64,000 nucleotides of DNA, taken from NCBI RefSeq assembly GCF_032191835.1, contig NC_083223.1, positions 167,772,001 to 167,836,000 on the forward strand, written 5' to 3'. Shown here piece after piece: positions 21,879 through 34,879 of this stretch. Numbering within the stretch: position 1 is the first letter of the stretch; every line of letters starts with the position of its first letter. The notes beneath the pieces are model-generated. The model had not been told where the DNA came from and ran no database searches. It saw only the letters and a list, made by a program, of their open reading frames with translations. The DNA comes from Heteronotia binoei. Lineage: Eukaryota. The translations under genes were made by a program, and so were the position numbers.

Positions 21879-24255
21879 CTAGAAGGAAGATAGACCAAAA
21901 ATCAGAATGTGATTATTTTTTAAAAATGAGACCATCAACATGGCTGAATTCTTGATCATGGGACATGAGGAGGGGAGACAACTGAAACTCACAATTTGCT
22001 CTACTTTCTGTTAACCCCCCCCCCCCTCATTTATGATCCTTTCCTGGAACTCAAGACAGCATACATATGTTCAAGTAGCCTCCCAACTAGGCACTGACCA
22101 ATTTAGAATCAAGAGCAACCAAAAAGGTTAGTATAAACAAAATTTAGGACCCCTTATTAAAAAAAACATTAAGGAACCAACATTAGCCTCATTACAATTT
22201 AGACTTTCTGCAAGGTTGCTGTATCATATGTTGAGTTAAAACATTTTAGACCAAAACCAACTATGCAGTCAATCTTGACCAAATCCTATGTAACAATTGT
22301 CTATATTAATTTACTAAACAGACACTATTTAAATCCTAAAAATCAAAGATTCTAAACACACAAATTACAGTTGACATTTTAAAATTTTGAAATACAAAGA
22401 ACCTCAATCACTTAGCCTGATGTTTACTTGGATATAAGGTTGCAATTTTAAGCATGATAACTGAACTGGCGTCCCATTGAATTCAGTAGGACTGACTTTG
22501 GAATCAACACGTTAAAGACCAGCGTGCAAGTGAACAATATCCTCTGACATTCTGGTAATTCAGAAACTCCTACTCCAGATGCATTAAACTGTAACAATCA
22601 AATTTTAAACACAGTCTAAAATAATAGTAACTAAAATGGCATATTTCAAAAATTCAGGGAGGTTCATGAGCATCTATGAAGCAAACTTCTTCTATTCATG
22701 AACAATTAGTCAGCCAGTACAGTTGCACCATACCAAATGCTGACACAGGTTTGATTTATGGCTTTTTTATAATGGTTCAAGAATTACAAAAGTCCTAGTA
22801 ACACAAAAATACTATATAAAGCTCTCTGGATCCTAGCCTAAGGAGTTAAGAATCTGATTCACTTTTGATTCCCAGACAAAAGATAGAACAGTAAATTCAT
22901 TATGGTAAAATGTTTGTTAAACTGAAAAGGAAGGGATCGAAAATATTCTATGCAACCCCCACCTGCACAAATCTCTAAATCTCCTAAAAGCATTCCAGGA
23001 GATTTAAGAGGTCTCTTCTTATCTTAACATCCTTCCTCATTTGGTAGCACTTTGTATTTCTATAGTGTGGAAGTGAAGCAGGGTTTAGATACACCAACTT
23101 CTTGTGTTCACCCATGTGAGCACGGCCCAAGAGATATATTTCCTGGCTATGCATCTTTCCTTTGATCAGTGTTATGGAACAGGCCTGCTTTGACTCACAG
23201 ACCCCGCTCTGCCCACCCCTCCTTGCTGTTGCCAACTCCTGGAGAGGGTTGCTTCTTCCTTCCACTAGGGTAACTCACTGCCACCACCTGCCCTTTTTTG
23301 GGGGGGGGGGTCCTGCTTGGAGGGACAGGGCTCCTAGCTTCCCTTCTCAACCTGAAGCCCCTCCATGTCCTCCATTACTCAGAGCCTGGTTACTATAGGA
23401 ACCAATTACAGTTTTGGGACTCCCATGAAGAAAGAGCCACATGCACACAGATTGCTTTCCTCCAAACTCAAGGGCCCCTCTTGCACTAGCCTGAAGATGG
23501 TAAGGGATCTAGGCAGCACAGAGACTGAGAGCCAACCACCAAATTAAAAAAGACTTATTGAAAAGAAAATATCTAGAAGCATACTTAAGCACAACACTAT
23601 ATCAGCAAACAAATTTCAAAGGAAAACTGGTCATAAATGCAAGCTCCTTTCCCTGTTCTAGACATACCCTAAATGATTTTAAAATAGGACAAGCACTAAT
23701 AGACTTTAAAAGTTACATCCTATTATCTGGGAGACAACATGATCAGAAAAAGATGGCTGCCTGCTTGCATACCAGAGCTCAAAGTTGTCCCCAGAGTAGC
23801 ATTCCAAGGAAGAGAGACCAACTTCCCCTTACAAGGAAGTTTTCTTAACCCCCTGTCTCCACCCGCTTTACATCACTCCCTCCACTGCCTTGACCTGGCC
23901 TGCCCATGTCACAGGAGCATCCTGGACCCCTCCTAGAAGGCATTCTGGGATTTCCTTATCAGAATCCCTTCTGGAAGTATCCAGGAATCACCTGGAGACT
24001 TCCTAGCATCCAATTCCTTAGTTGGTTTTCCTACCAAGGCCATTAGCATATATATAGATGTAATCTAGCAGGCAATTTAACTGACACCCTGCCACTTTTA
24101 GAGAAAGAAAAAACACTCTTAAAACTCGGGGTGGGGTCCACACCCAGCAAGGTGGAGGTTTTTTGGACACTGATGTGTTTAACAGCAAATTACCAAATCA
24201 TTTAATGCAGGACCATACATTTCTATTACAAATTGGATTTATAATAAATATTTAC

Positions 24256-24345
24256 CATGTGCAGAAGCTGAACATCACAGGCTGTTTGCCAAAGTACACT
24301 TAGAGGTTGATAAATTCTTGAATCTCCAGGCTTTGCAACAAGAGT
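24256..24345 (-). CDS. TFB2M: TFB2M coding exon 5
   Basis: tgtcag|ACT...ATG|GTAAAT, 90 nt. Encodes TLVAKPGDSRIYQPLSVLWQTACDVQLLHM versus human LMADPGNPDLYHVLSVIWQLACEIKVLHM. Confidence 0.95.
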
Positions 24346-25535
24346 CTGACAAAAAGCAACAGCTGCAGTTTATACAACATGAACACATTTGTCTGAACAA
24401 AGAAACAGTTACCTACATTAACAGATTTTTATCATGAAAAGAAACACAAAAGCTTGATTAAGGCAGAAAGTTACAAATTCATACTTTAGACTGCCTTATC
24501 AGGAGCTATACTAAAAGAAATACAGAAATGCCCTATTGACTACCACAGAAATACACCTACTGGCATAAACTTACTCTTTCCAATTCAATTCTAGTATTTC
24601 TCTATTAAGGTTCATTTTCTTACAGAAGCAGTTTATTGTTACAAAGCTGCAATTTTTAAACATTTACACTTTGTTAATCTGCACAATAAAAGAAAGCTCT
24701 TCAAATAAAAGATACTATAGTCCACAATTTCTAGGCAGGATCTTTCTATACCTTACTATATGAGATACTGTGGTATAAAGCAAGCAATATAACAGTCAGA
24801 ATAGTAGTTAAGAAAACTGGCTGAAGAGACTTCATACAAATCCATTTGATTATAATCTTTCTCCCCACCACACATGTATACACCCCCACATCCATCCTAT
24901 CTAGAATAAGGCTCCCAGACGCACAACAGTTTCCCTTGCAAACTGACTTCTGAAAGGTAAAGGTATAAGTTGCAGTAATCTTTAAACTGTTTTCCCACAC
25001 TCCGAAGAATATATCAAAAGGCTGCCTATTGATAACAGTTGATACAATGATTTATTTACAGAAATCAACACATATCTGACTTCAAAATTAAAGCTATGCC
25101 TAAAAAATAACTACCATACTATAGATCCCCAATGCCTGAGAGGGTCTGCTCTTGAGGCATCGGTACTGTTGAACATGTTCTGCTGTCATGTCAATTTTAC
25201 CAGGAGATATGTGTTACATTTATTATCCCCCTAATTTGTAGACTCCTGGGTCCTTCTAATTCTGAGCTTACCAGGAAGTTTCTCATGGGTGTCAACCCAC
25301 AGATTCCAGGTTTTTTTCAGCTGCTTGTAAAATTTGCAAAGATATTTTATGTATTAAAGCAAAATGTTATTTCAAATGGTTTATATTGTCATTTTAAGTG
25401 ACACTTGAATACTTTAAGTCATTTTAATTTATGTTTACTTTTTTAATTTGTGCTGGTTGCTGATCATTTTAAAATTGAATACCATATTAAAAATAACATT
25501 CAGTAATAGGTTAACTACTGTACTTCTATTTAGAA

Positions 25536-26890
25536 CAGGGGTGTCAAACCTATGGCTTACAAGGCCAGAACCAGCCCACCCAGGGTTTTAATCCAGCCTG
25601 CAACTCTCTTCTCCCCTCCTCCCCTGCCGGTCCTCACCCTTCTGAGCTCAAGCTGCAGCGGAGCTAATGCAGCAGAGGGTGGGGCTGCTCAAATTCACAG
25701 CTTGCTCGGTTTTCTGGTAATGGAATTCCACTCTGAGGGCTATCATTCCAGTCCCAGAGTATCTATCTGGGCCCAGAGACCTTAATGGAAAATCTATTCC
25801 ACATATTCTTTGCCACTTTTTTTGTGCTGCAATGTATTGCAATGAAGCTCAGGCAAGTCAATTGGCATTCCTGGTTCCCATTATCTCCAATGGGACTCCA
25901 AGCCTTTCCCACTGTTAATCGAATCCCCATATCTTCATTTTAGACAGGCATCTTTTAAGGGCAGGGGGAAGGTTTGGGACTGACCATGGTTAAAATATAG
26001 AATTCTACAAACTCAAGGAAATCCAGTTTTATAGAGAAATATTAGTTTTAACACAAACACCCTCCTAATGTGGGGCTCCAATGCAGAACAAGTTCTGATG
26101 AGGACTACAAAAAGCATTACCTCAAGGAAAGGAAAGGTCCCCTGTGCAAGCACCAGTCGTTTCCAACTCTGGGGTGACATTGCTTTCACAACATTTTCAC
26201 AGCAAACTTTTTATGGGGTGGTTTGCCATTGCCTTCCCCAGTCATCTACACTTTCCCCCCAGCAAGCTGGGTACTTATTTTACCGACCTCGGAAGGATAG
26301 AAGGCTGAGTCAACCTGGAGCCGGCTACCTGAAAACCCAGTTTCCGCCGGGGATTGAACTCAGGTCGTGAGCAGAGTTTAGGACTGCAGTACTGAAGCTT
26401 TAACACTCTGCGCCACAGGGCTCTTACCTCAAAAAACCTGAGATCCTGGAAAGCTACTGCCACTCTGAGTAGACCTGGAGGGAAAGAAGCTTGCAATGCC
26501 CAGCCATGTTTTCCAGGGCTCAAAGCATTTTATATTTTGAGTTTATATTTTTAGTTTTTGCTATGATCGTTGTGCTTTTTCTTGATGTTTTATTTTTAAA
26601 ATTGCATTGTCAAATTCCATTATTCCTGCAGGCACCTTTTAAGGGCAGGGGTTTGGAAGGTGTCAGTTATCAAAGACGGTTAAAAATAAACAAAAGTGTC
26701 ATAAGAGTGTTACTGATTTAAGCATGTTTGTATTTTAATTTTAAAAATTATACCTTTAATTGTGTTTGTATCCTTTTTAAAGTTTATATCTCCACTACCT
26801 GGCATTACATTTTATGACACTCATGGCCCGGCTCAACAAAGTCCCACTTATGTCAGATCTAGCCATCACAACAAATGAGTTCAATATCCG
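25536..26890. mobile_element. hAT-Charlie-like element in TFB2M intron 4
   Basis: Left end CAGGGGTGTCAAAC and a degenerate right end GAGTTCAATATCCG. TSD ATT(T/C)AGAA at 25528-25535 and 26891-26898. Confidence 0.68.
26126..26423 (-). mobile_element. Sauria SINE nested in a hAT element in TFB2M intron 4
   Basis: Same consensus as the other copies. TSD TTACCTCAA at 26117-26125 and 26424-26432. Confidence 0.9.
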
Positions 26891-26917
26891 ATTCAGAAAC
26901 TTTTGTACATAAGTTAC

Positions 26918-27066
26918 CTTGTACTCTTTTTCACTGACAAACAGGTTCAATTCTATTCTTCCGTATTTATATACAGAACTACATTCATATAAGGCATAAA
27001 CAAGCTTCCAAAGTAGGTTCCTTTCCCTTTTCTGTGGGACAATTCCAACCACTTTTAGAGGAGTAT
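26918..27066 (-). CDS. TFB2M: TFB2M coding exon 4
   Basis: gaacag|AT...AAG|GTAACT, 149 nt. Encodes (D)TPLKVVGIVPQKRERNLLWKLVYALYECSSVYKYGRIELNLFVSEKEYK. Confidence 0.95.
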
Positions 27067-28118
27067 CTGTTCAGAAAATGCACAAAAAGATTTTAAAAAT
27101 TACTACACGCCCTGTATTACCTCAGCAATCCTAATTTTGTAAATGACCTTGGTATTGCATTTAGTTTTAAAGCAAGAGATAACAGAATCTGCATCTTTTC
27201 TAAGATAACTTCAGAATACACCTCTAGCTTCTTGCCACTTAGATCCTCCATCAGAAATCTGTTCTGTGCACTACAACCATCAGAATTATGTTGGCAGCAA
27301 CATGGGTCAGGTCCTTCCCCACACTTATGGAGCTTTATCCCTAGGAGGCAAGTTTAATTCCATTAAGGTTTCTGGAAGATCCATGAAGACAGTCTTTTTC
27401 CAAAGGGCTTTTGGTGAACTGAAAGGATGCTTTAACTGTTTTATTGTTTTACTGTTCTAATGGAGAGGTTCTCAGACTTTTAAAAACAGAGAACCACTTC
27501 AAAACTTACAAGAGTGTTTGGGAGCCACCCGCAAAGTAATTTCAAAATACTTTCCCCCTTCCCAGTGCAAAACACAAGAATTTTACTTCTCTCAACAATG
27601 TGCTCAAGCCACTACTTACAATATTCTCCCCTTTTTCATTTTATTCTCACAACAACTCTATGAGGTAGACTAGGCTGAGAGCATGTGATTAACCCAATAT
27701 CACCCAGCAAGCTTCCATGGCAGTGGTGATCTGATGCTGAGTCTTGAGACCTTGTCTGACACTGTCACCACAACATCATTTCACATATTAAGCAAAGAAA
27801 AACTTAATTTTACTGTATAGTCTATTCTTTCAGCTCATCCTTTTCTCTCTCCTCCCTCCCAGTCTCACAGCCCATGAGACAGTCATTACATGCTTTTGGA
27901 TCCTGACCCAGTTTGAGAACCATACACATCTGAATTAAACTTGTTTTGAGTCAGTCAGATGGAGAACAATCTGATACAAATAGAACAATTAAAATAAAAT
28001 TGCGCTCAACTTGTCTATCAAGTTGCAACCAAGTCATGATGATCCCATCCATGGGGGCATTCCAAGCAAGAGATGAACAGAGGTGGTTTGCCATTGCCTT
28101 CCTTCATATATGAATTAC

Positions 28119-28272
28119 CTGCTGTCCAAGGAACAGGGAGGATACCCAAATTCTCAAAAAGTTTCTCAGAATACATAATAGGAGGTCTCAATGTTCCCAA
28201 ACCAATAGGGTCCAGTCTGAAGAAATCACAATGCACCACTTCCAGCTGTCCATCTAATTTCTTCTGTAGAGA
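28119..28272 (-). CDS. TFB2M: TFB2M coding exon 3
   Basis: ttttag|TCT...GCAG|GTAATT, 154 nt. Encodes [51 protein letters not shown]. Confidence 0.95.
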
Positions 28273-28481
28273 CTAAAAGTGAACAATAAGGAAGCTATAT
28301 AAACATCTGGACTACATTACACCAACCATTAGTCAATCTAATATTTATTTGAACCAAAAACATCTCTATAGATCAATCTTTCCAGCCTTTCTATGAAGAT
28401 ACTTTAAGCAGATGCTGGAACCTTACATTTAACTACAAATGCTCATGAGTTTCATTGCTCTTGTAAATAATTAAAAAGTAC

Positions 28482-28570
28482 CTCCAGATCAGGAAGAAAA
28501 GCATTATTGCTCTCTAGTGCTATCACTCGGGAACCAGCATTAAGTAGAGTCCGGGTCAAAATTCCAGGAC
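28482..28570 (-). CDS. TFB2M: TFB2M coding exon 2
   Basis: ttttag|GTCCTGGA...CTGGAG|GTACTT, 89 nt. Encodes (G)[29 protein letters not shown] versus human PGILTQALLEAGAKVVALESDKTFIPHLE. Confidence 0.95.
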
Positions 28571-31500
28571 CTAAAAAAATGTGTTTAATACTTTACTCTG
28601 AGTTTCATACAGTTTTACTTCATATAGTTTTTAAAAGATATTAAGTAGCCCATAACTTATCAAAAGTAATATGTAAACATGCAAAACTGTTCATGGGCCT
28701 CCATTACTGGACTTCATACCTCAGTACAAACATGCAAATACAAGCAAATTACATTAAATTCAATTAGATTTCAGAAATTCCACATCTTTGTATTTTTCTT
28801 ATATTTCCTGAAAGCCTACATCCCCAGAAGCAAGCCAAATCCAACACAATGGCATTGACAACACATTGACTGCAGCTCTATCTCTTGTTTCCCTAATGCC
28901 AGCTGTCCCTTCCAATTCCAGGGAAATTGATTAATGAGTTGATGGACTTATGTGGTTGGATTACAGTCGGAAAGAGAAGGAAGCAAACTCTCACTTCACT
29001 ATCTGCTGATGGGAGAGTGACTTTGCTTCTTTCTTATTGCACCCTCCAAACCCAAGTGGTACTTAGACCATGCAGTTCCCACAATCATGGAAATCAACTT
29101 TCCTGGGGTCAGATGGGGCCACTTGGAGTACATGGACAAGAAAAAAGATCTGTATCTATCAGCAGAAGGCATTCAGCTTCTAAAATTCAACTGAATGAGA
29201 GTCTGAGTAAACAAACATGTAAATCAGGCTGTAATCTTGCTTTTAAAGCATGATTTTCCTCCATCAAACTGTAAAAAGGTCTAAGTTTGCTAATTAACCA
29301 GGTTTCCACAAGCAGCTTTTCCATTTTAAGCAACAAAAAAGGTTGTTCCACAAAATCACTCAAGTTGCTAGTGGGCCAAGACATTTTTCATCTTGGTTAT
29401 TTTCCTGGGCACAATTCACAATGCTGCTTACCATTAAAGCCCGAAATGGCTTGGGGCCAGGGTACCAGAAGTAATGTATCCCTCCCCCCACTTTATTGTC
29501 TAGCCTGTCAAGATTTGCCCACAAGCCCTGCTTTTCAATGCCCCTGCCTTCAGAAATGAAGCAGGTCTACAAAGAAAAATAATTTCTTAGAAAAATGGCT
29601 TTCCTTTTTTGACTTTGTAAACAATAACAAAGATATGCAATGTACAATTCCAAACAAATATATTACTTTTTCCTACTAGTAGCAAAGTGGTAACATTAAG
29701 TAACAGCTCTATTGTGATATTTAATATGTGAGTTCTAATGCATCTTGAACAACTGGGTCAATGTTACTATGTTTTCTTCCCCAGTGGGATATTAATTGTT
29801 GTATTGTTATATATTTGTTAAGCAAACAAAAATGAAGGTTTTTTTAAAAGGAAAAGAAATGAAGCAGGTGTAACCACAGACGTAGCTCAGTAGTGGCATC
29901 TCATTTATAGAGTGCCCTTCCGCTTGAGGCTCACATAGTGGCTCCACCATTTTCTTTAAGGCACCAAGCCAAAATATTTCTGTTCACCCAGGTTTTTAAT
30001 TAAGTAGTTTATATTTAATACTATTTCAGCCTGGGAATTATTGTTTTAAGCTGTCAGTGGTCTGTTCTTACGGCCTAAGTTTTAATGGTGAGTTGAATTT
30101 TTAATGCTGGATTTTAATATATTTTGATGTTTAGTTTTATTATTTTTACTTTATAAATCACCCTGGGCAGACTCCTGGAGAGACAGCATAAAATAATCTA
30201 AATAAATAAATACTGCCTATTGAGGCAAATGAATTTACTTCACTGTACCTTTAAGCAGGGATATTTTTCTTTCATTTTTGGCCCCTCCTGCCTCAAAAAT
30301 AACACTGGCTTTTCTTTTTGCAGACACCTTTCATGAAAGTATTTTCTCAGGCAGGACAAGAGAGAGTGAAAAGATAGCAAAGCACTGCTACAAAAAGCAC
30401 CCAATTTTCTAGAATTATCTAGAAAGGGTTTTTAAATTAAATTATACTTACTACTAACTTTTTAATTAAATTATATTTGCTACTAATTTCCTTATAACAA
30501 GCTTTTCCAACATCACTGTCAAGGGAGTTTTGGTAATGTCTGACCATATGCATATCTGATTAAAAATAAATCCCAGTCAGTTTACTGGGACATATCTGAA
30601 TAAATGCACAGAACTGCAGCCTTCAACATATCATGAATTCCCCTTTTGCTTTTCTAGGATAGATTCAAGAAGTTTGGAACCAGAATTTTCATCTGCTTGA
30701 AATCTATTATGGTTTGCACGTTCACATGTATTTGTCTGCTTTATTTAAATTCACTAATTTCTGTTACCAAGGAAGATAACCAGAAATGTTCTGGAGAGCA
30801 TTCTTGAAGAAGAAGCAAAGCTGGGTCAGCTCTGGAGGTAGTGTCTTTTAGGGATAAATTCTACATTGCTGGTCTTGCTGCCTTAAACAGCAAGTTACAG
30901 TTACATTTCCTTGTGCTGTTTTTCCCTCCCAGTTCTTCAGTCCCAACCCCAATGTGTTATTTTGTTTTGTTAGGAAACTTTACTGTTCCAGTTAAGTGAA
31001 TTAAGCATTTTAGCCATACAACCCAGTTATGTTTAGCTAGAAGTCTGGCTGTGATTTTAGAATATCATTCAGCTATCTGCACAGGTAAAGAACTTTACAT
31101 AAGTCCATATGCATTAAAAAAACCCACCCACTCTCTAAAAACATGGTAAGTGCCACAGAATCCATGAATACCACACTAGGAACCCCTCACATAAACAACC
31201 TTCAAATGTAAACCGATTATGGATTGATTTAGTCTATAAAATTTCTTCAGTTTACAAAATTTCCTTTACCAAAAAGTGTGAATGTTGTAGAGCACTACCC
31301 AAAGCTCAGCAACGCTAACCACTATAGCTATCTTCCAGTTGCACGTGAAGACCTTTTTGTAACAACCGGCACTTTTGTAACAACCGGCACTAGCCCTCCT
31401 TTCCAGTCTGTGCTTTTAACTGCTGCATAGAAGTGTATCGTTTCAGAAGCTTGTTTCCAGTGTTCTTTTTAAATTTTTCGCTGCCTTGAGAACCCTGATT

Positions 31501-31669
31501 GGGTGGAAAAGTGGAATAAAACATATTAAGCAAATAATAAGGAACAGCTACTTTCGCAAACATTCATTACTCCCCTGAACATAATGTCTGTTTGCCCCAG
31601 CCCCCTCAACGCCAGCATCAAGCGATAGCAGCCCAGCATTAAAGCCGAGGGAAGAAGCGACTTCCTCAC

Positions 31670-32000
31670 CTGGATCGCATTCCACCACAACTGCCGGCCG
31701 CCTGCCGGTGGGCTCCAGGTCTGAGCTGTTACCCAGTCGAGAGACCAGAGTACGCGCCAGGTCGCGGCAGGCGATGAACCTTCGCACTGGGGGTGGTGCC
31801 CGAGACTTTTCCAGGATTGCCCGGGCTGCTTCATCCTTCCCCGGGACTCGCAGAGGAAAGCCAGCTTCTGCCGCGCAACGACGCCTCTCGCTTTGCCCCG
31901 CCAGGCCTTGCGCCGCGCGCCACGAGACGGACGAAAAGGCTGCCGCCCACACCACGGGCCTCACTGATAGCCCAGGCGCGGTTACTACCATTCCCGCCAT
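31670..32000 (-). CDS. TFB2M: TFB2M coding exon 1 (presequence-like N-terminus through SAM-binding motif I, VVECDPG)
   Basis: ORF MAGMVVTAPG...RRFIACRDLARTL...VVECDP resembles human KRYVTDRRLAETL...LLECNPG. Donor G|GTGAGG at 31670/31669. 331 nt, phase 1. An in-frame upstream ATG lies at 32012. Confidence 0.92.
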
Positions 32001-32560
32001 TGTACTCAGCATCCTTCTAGTAGCGCACGCTGGTCCCTACACGTGCATGTAGGACGGTGACCTTGATGGCAGCACCCACCCGGAGTATTTTAGTGAGAGG
32101 ACTTCAGCATCAACTTCCGCTTCCGTTAAGTTGGGGTGGATGGTTGCTCTAGCCCTTTTCTGGGTGTTTATGGTAGCAAGCCTGTTGAGTCGATCCTCTC
32201 TAGGCGCTCGTACGCCTTGGTGCTCACCTTTTGCTGCTGCTGCTCGTCTCGCGTCCGCAGCCGGGTCACAGGTAGCTCCGTCTGTAGTTTGTCCTCGTTC
32301 TTCGCTTTGCCATCGTAGAAGGCTGGCGGAACCTTCGCGCGGCGGCCGTGGGTTGAGGTAAGGGGAAAGGAAGGCTGCCCAAGCCAGGCTCCTTAGAGCC
32401 ACCACCAGCTGCGCAGTCCCTTCTCTCTTCGGGACTGTGTGTTCAGCTGCTTATTGCCTTATGAAACCTTCGTAGGGTGGGGGGAAAGATGACTGCTGCG
32501 TAGGAGTGAGCGATTGGGGGATCCGGGGGGGCAACGAAAGAATGGTCTGTGTGGAGAGGG
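31700..32560. promoter_or_regulatory. CpG island and bidirectional promoter for TFB2M (-) and CNST (+)
   Basis: CpG-dense region. Tandem ETS/GABP-type sites ACTTCCGCTTCCG at 32113-32125 and an E-box CACGTG at 32040-32045. Divergent gene arrangement as in mammals. Confidence 0.8.
32200..32357 (+). other. CNST: Putative non-coding exon 1 of CNST (5' boundary approximate)
   Basis: GC-rich stretch head-to-head with TFB2M, ending in a strong donor GAG|GTAAGG at 32357/32358. This implies an intron 1 of about 29.3 kb. Boundaries are inferred without transcript data. Confidence 0.6.
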
Positions 32561-34879
32561 ACTTCTGGAATGGCTGAAAAGAGATAAGTAAGAAAGGTCT
32601 CCCTCTTCATCATAGGTTTGTATAGGTTGAGAATATCGGATTTTATATGGAAAGTTATTGCCTGTTTTTCTTTGCAGCTCTCCTTTCCCCCTAGCACTTT
32701 TATCTTAACTGCTTTTCAGTCAGATATTCCCATTTTGGCCAATATGGTATTCATACCGTCTGAGTTAGGGGCCTTGTGACCCCTGAACAACGCTTAGCAC
32801 AGTATAATATTAGTTGCCACGTTTGTATTTTTCTCCAGAAAAATCAGGCTGGAGATTATCGGGTTATCACATTTTAGTCTCAAGAGAATACTGTGCTGTA
32901 AGTTTAGGCTATCCAGCAAGCTTCAGGGCAGAACAAGGCTCTAAATCCAGGTCTCCTATATCCAGCACAAGCCTCAGCACTAAACTAGTTCTAATTCTGG
33001 TGTTTTTATATAAGTTGCTGTTCATGTGTAGACTTTTGGTCCTTCAGTGTTTTGTCTCCATCTTGGAGCAGCTTCAAACATTACACAGGCATCTGTCTCC
33101 TGGGATGTTTGTATGTAGTAGAAGCAGGCACATCTACAATGATCATGTGTGATGAATGACCTTGAGCCAATTGATCTCCTTTAGTCAGTATGGTGTAGTG
33201 GTTAGAGCATCTGACTAGGGTAATTATAGCTAGCAGCACTTAGTGACCAACAAGATTTTCAGAGTATGAGCTTCAGGATTCAAAGCTCCCTTCATCAGAG
33301 AGCTTTGACTCTTGAAAGCTCATCTGCCAAAAACCTTGTTGGTCTTTAAGGTGAGAAATACTAGTAAAGATCTTAGTTCCTTGTTTTGCTCTTAATTGTT
33401 TTCAACTCTATTCAGGATCTTATACTTGTATTGGGGCTTAATTCAGGTGACATTTCCACCTTTATCAGTCCAATTTTGTTGCAAGGGTGTTAAATAAAAC
33501 TAGAAATGTCAGTGAGGTGTGGTAACTCTATATTAGAACACTTGAGTACATTCCTGAAAGTTATATCATTCTTCATAGTTGCCTGCAAACTTCCCATGTT
33601 GCAGTGCCATATTAGCATAGCATTTAAATGAGATTGTTTTAAAATTTGTTCAAGCATGGAGACTGGTGACCCCTGAGCTGAAGAAGTGCTAGATAAATAT
33701 AAAAATAAGAATAATCGTTCTGGTATGTGTCTATAGTCAGTCTGCAAATGGTCTCACAAGCTGTCTACTTATACATTTTTGTCTCGTTTTTCTACCAAGA
33801 AGCTCAGGGCACTGGCTGTTCTCTTCTCTCTTGCTTTTATCTTAAACCTTGTGAGGTACCCTGTGAGATAGTTTGCCTGAGCGAGAATGCTTGATCCAAA
33901 ATCTCCCCGTAAGCATCATGCCTGAGTGTGGATTTGAAAAACTGTCTCCCAGGTCCTTGTCCAAAAATACAATCCAAAGCAAAATTATACCCTTCTAAAT
34001 TAACTGGAAACCAATCAGCACAGACGAGAATAACTATTCAGGATTATATTGCAGTTCTTAAACCACCAGTGTACATAAAATAGTTTTTATCATGAGCAAG
34101 AGAACTCATAATGGTTGACTTCTTGTTTTCTTTTTCTTACATTTTTGAATATATTTTTTTGTGGAAGTTACTGTGAATAATGTATTTATGTACATGTGTA
34201 GAACATAACATCATTTCAAAGGAGTCCCTAACAAGTTAAATAATTTGCTCTGCTTTATGAAGATAGTAGTAGTCAAAATTTGCTTGTGTATTGCATAGCA
34301 ACCTCGTAAGTTTCACATGTAAGTCCTTTAGATCTAATGTTTGGTTCATATTAAGAGCCCACAAAATGACAACTGAATTCTCTCCTATTCTGCCTCTGCT
34401 TTCCCCTATGTATTTGATGCTGTTCCTAAATTTCTAACTCCCCTCAAAATTTCCAAAAGAATGATCACTGTTCCTTTGCCTGGATAAAGAGCAAGTTGAG
34501 ATTCAAAGATAATGTAACTAAATATGAATGGCCAAGGAGACATGCCCTCCTCATTGTAACTTGTGGGAAACAACCAGCAAAACTTAGGAAATTTTTCCAA
34601 AGCAGTTTGTGACATGGTGCTGTATCTGAAGTTTCTTTCTGGGGCCAAGCCACAGAATCTGTCTTACTTTCCTTACGCTGGTAGACTTGCACATGGTCAT
34701 ATTTAGAATATATCTTACTGGTGTGGTTGTGCTGATAGAAGAATTTAATTTTGAAGTTTGTTGTCTGTGGAAACTGTGGTGAGTTAATCCGCCCTGCTTA
34801 TCTTGCACCCTCAAAGTTCAAGTCTTAGCCATTTGTCAGAGGCCTCTGTATAATGCGGCTGTGAATCCCACTAACATAC

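Noticed and set aside
22940-24130. Possible solo LTR or ERV remnant in TFB2M intron 5
   Set aside because: The composition is suggestive, but I could not identify TG...CA termini with a TSD, so it is not supportable.
31355-31390. Perfect 18-bp tandem duplication in TFB2M intron 1
   Set aside because: It is real but looks like an ordinary slippage duplication with no evidence of function.
32037-32405. 122-aa minus-strand ORF upstream of TFB2M
   Set aside because: It lies in the CpG-island promoter, has no recognisable homology, and is typical of spurious GC-rich ORFs.
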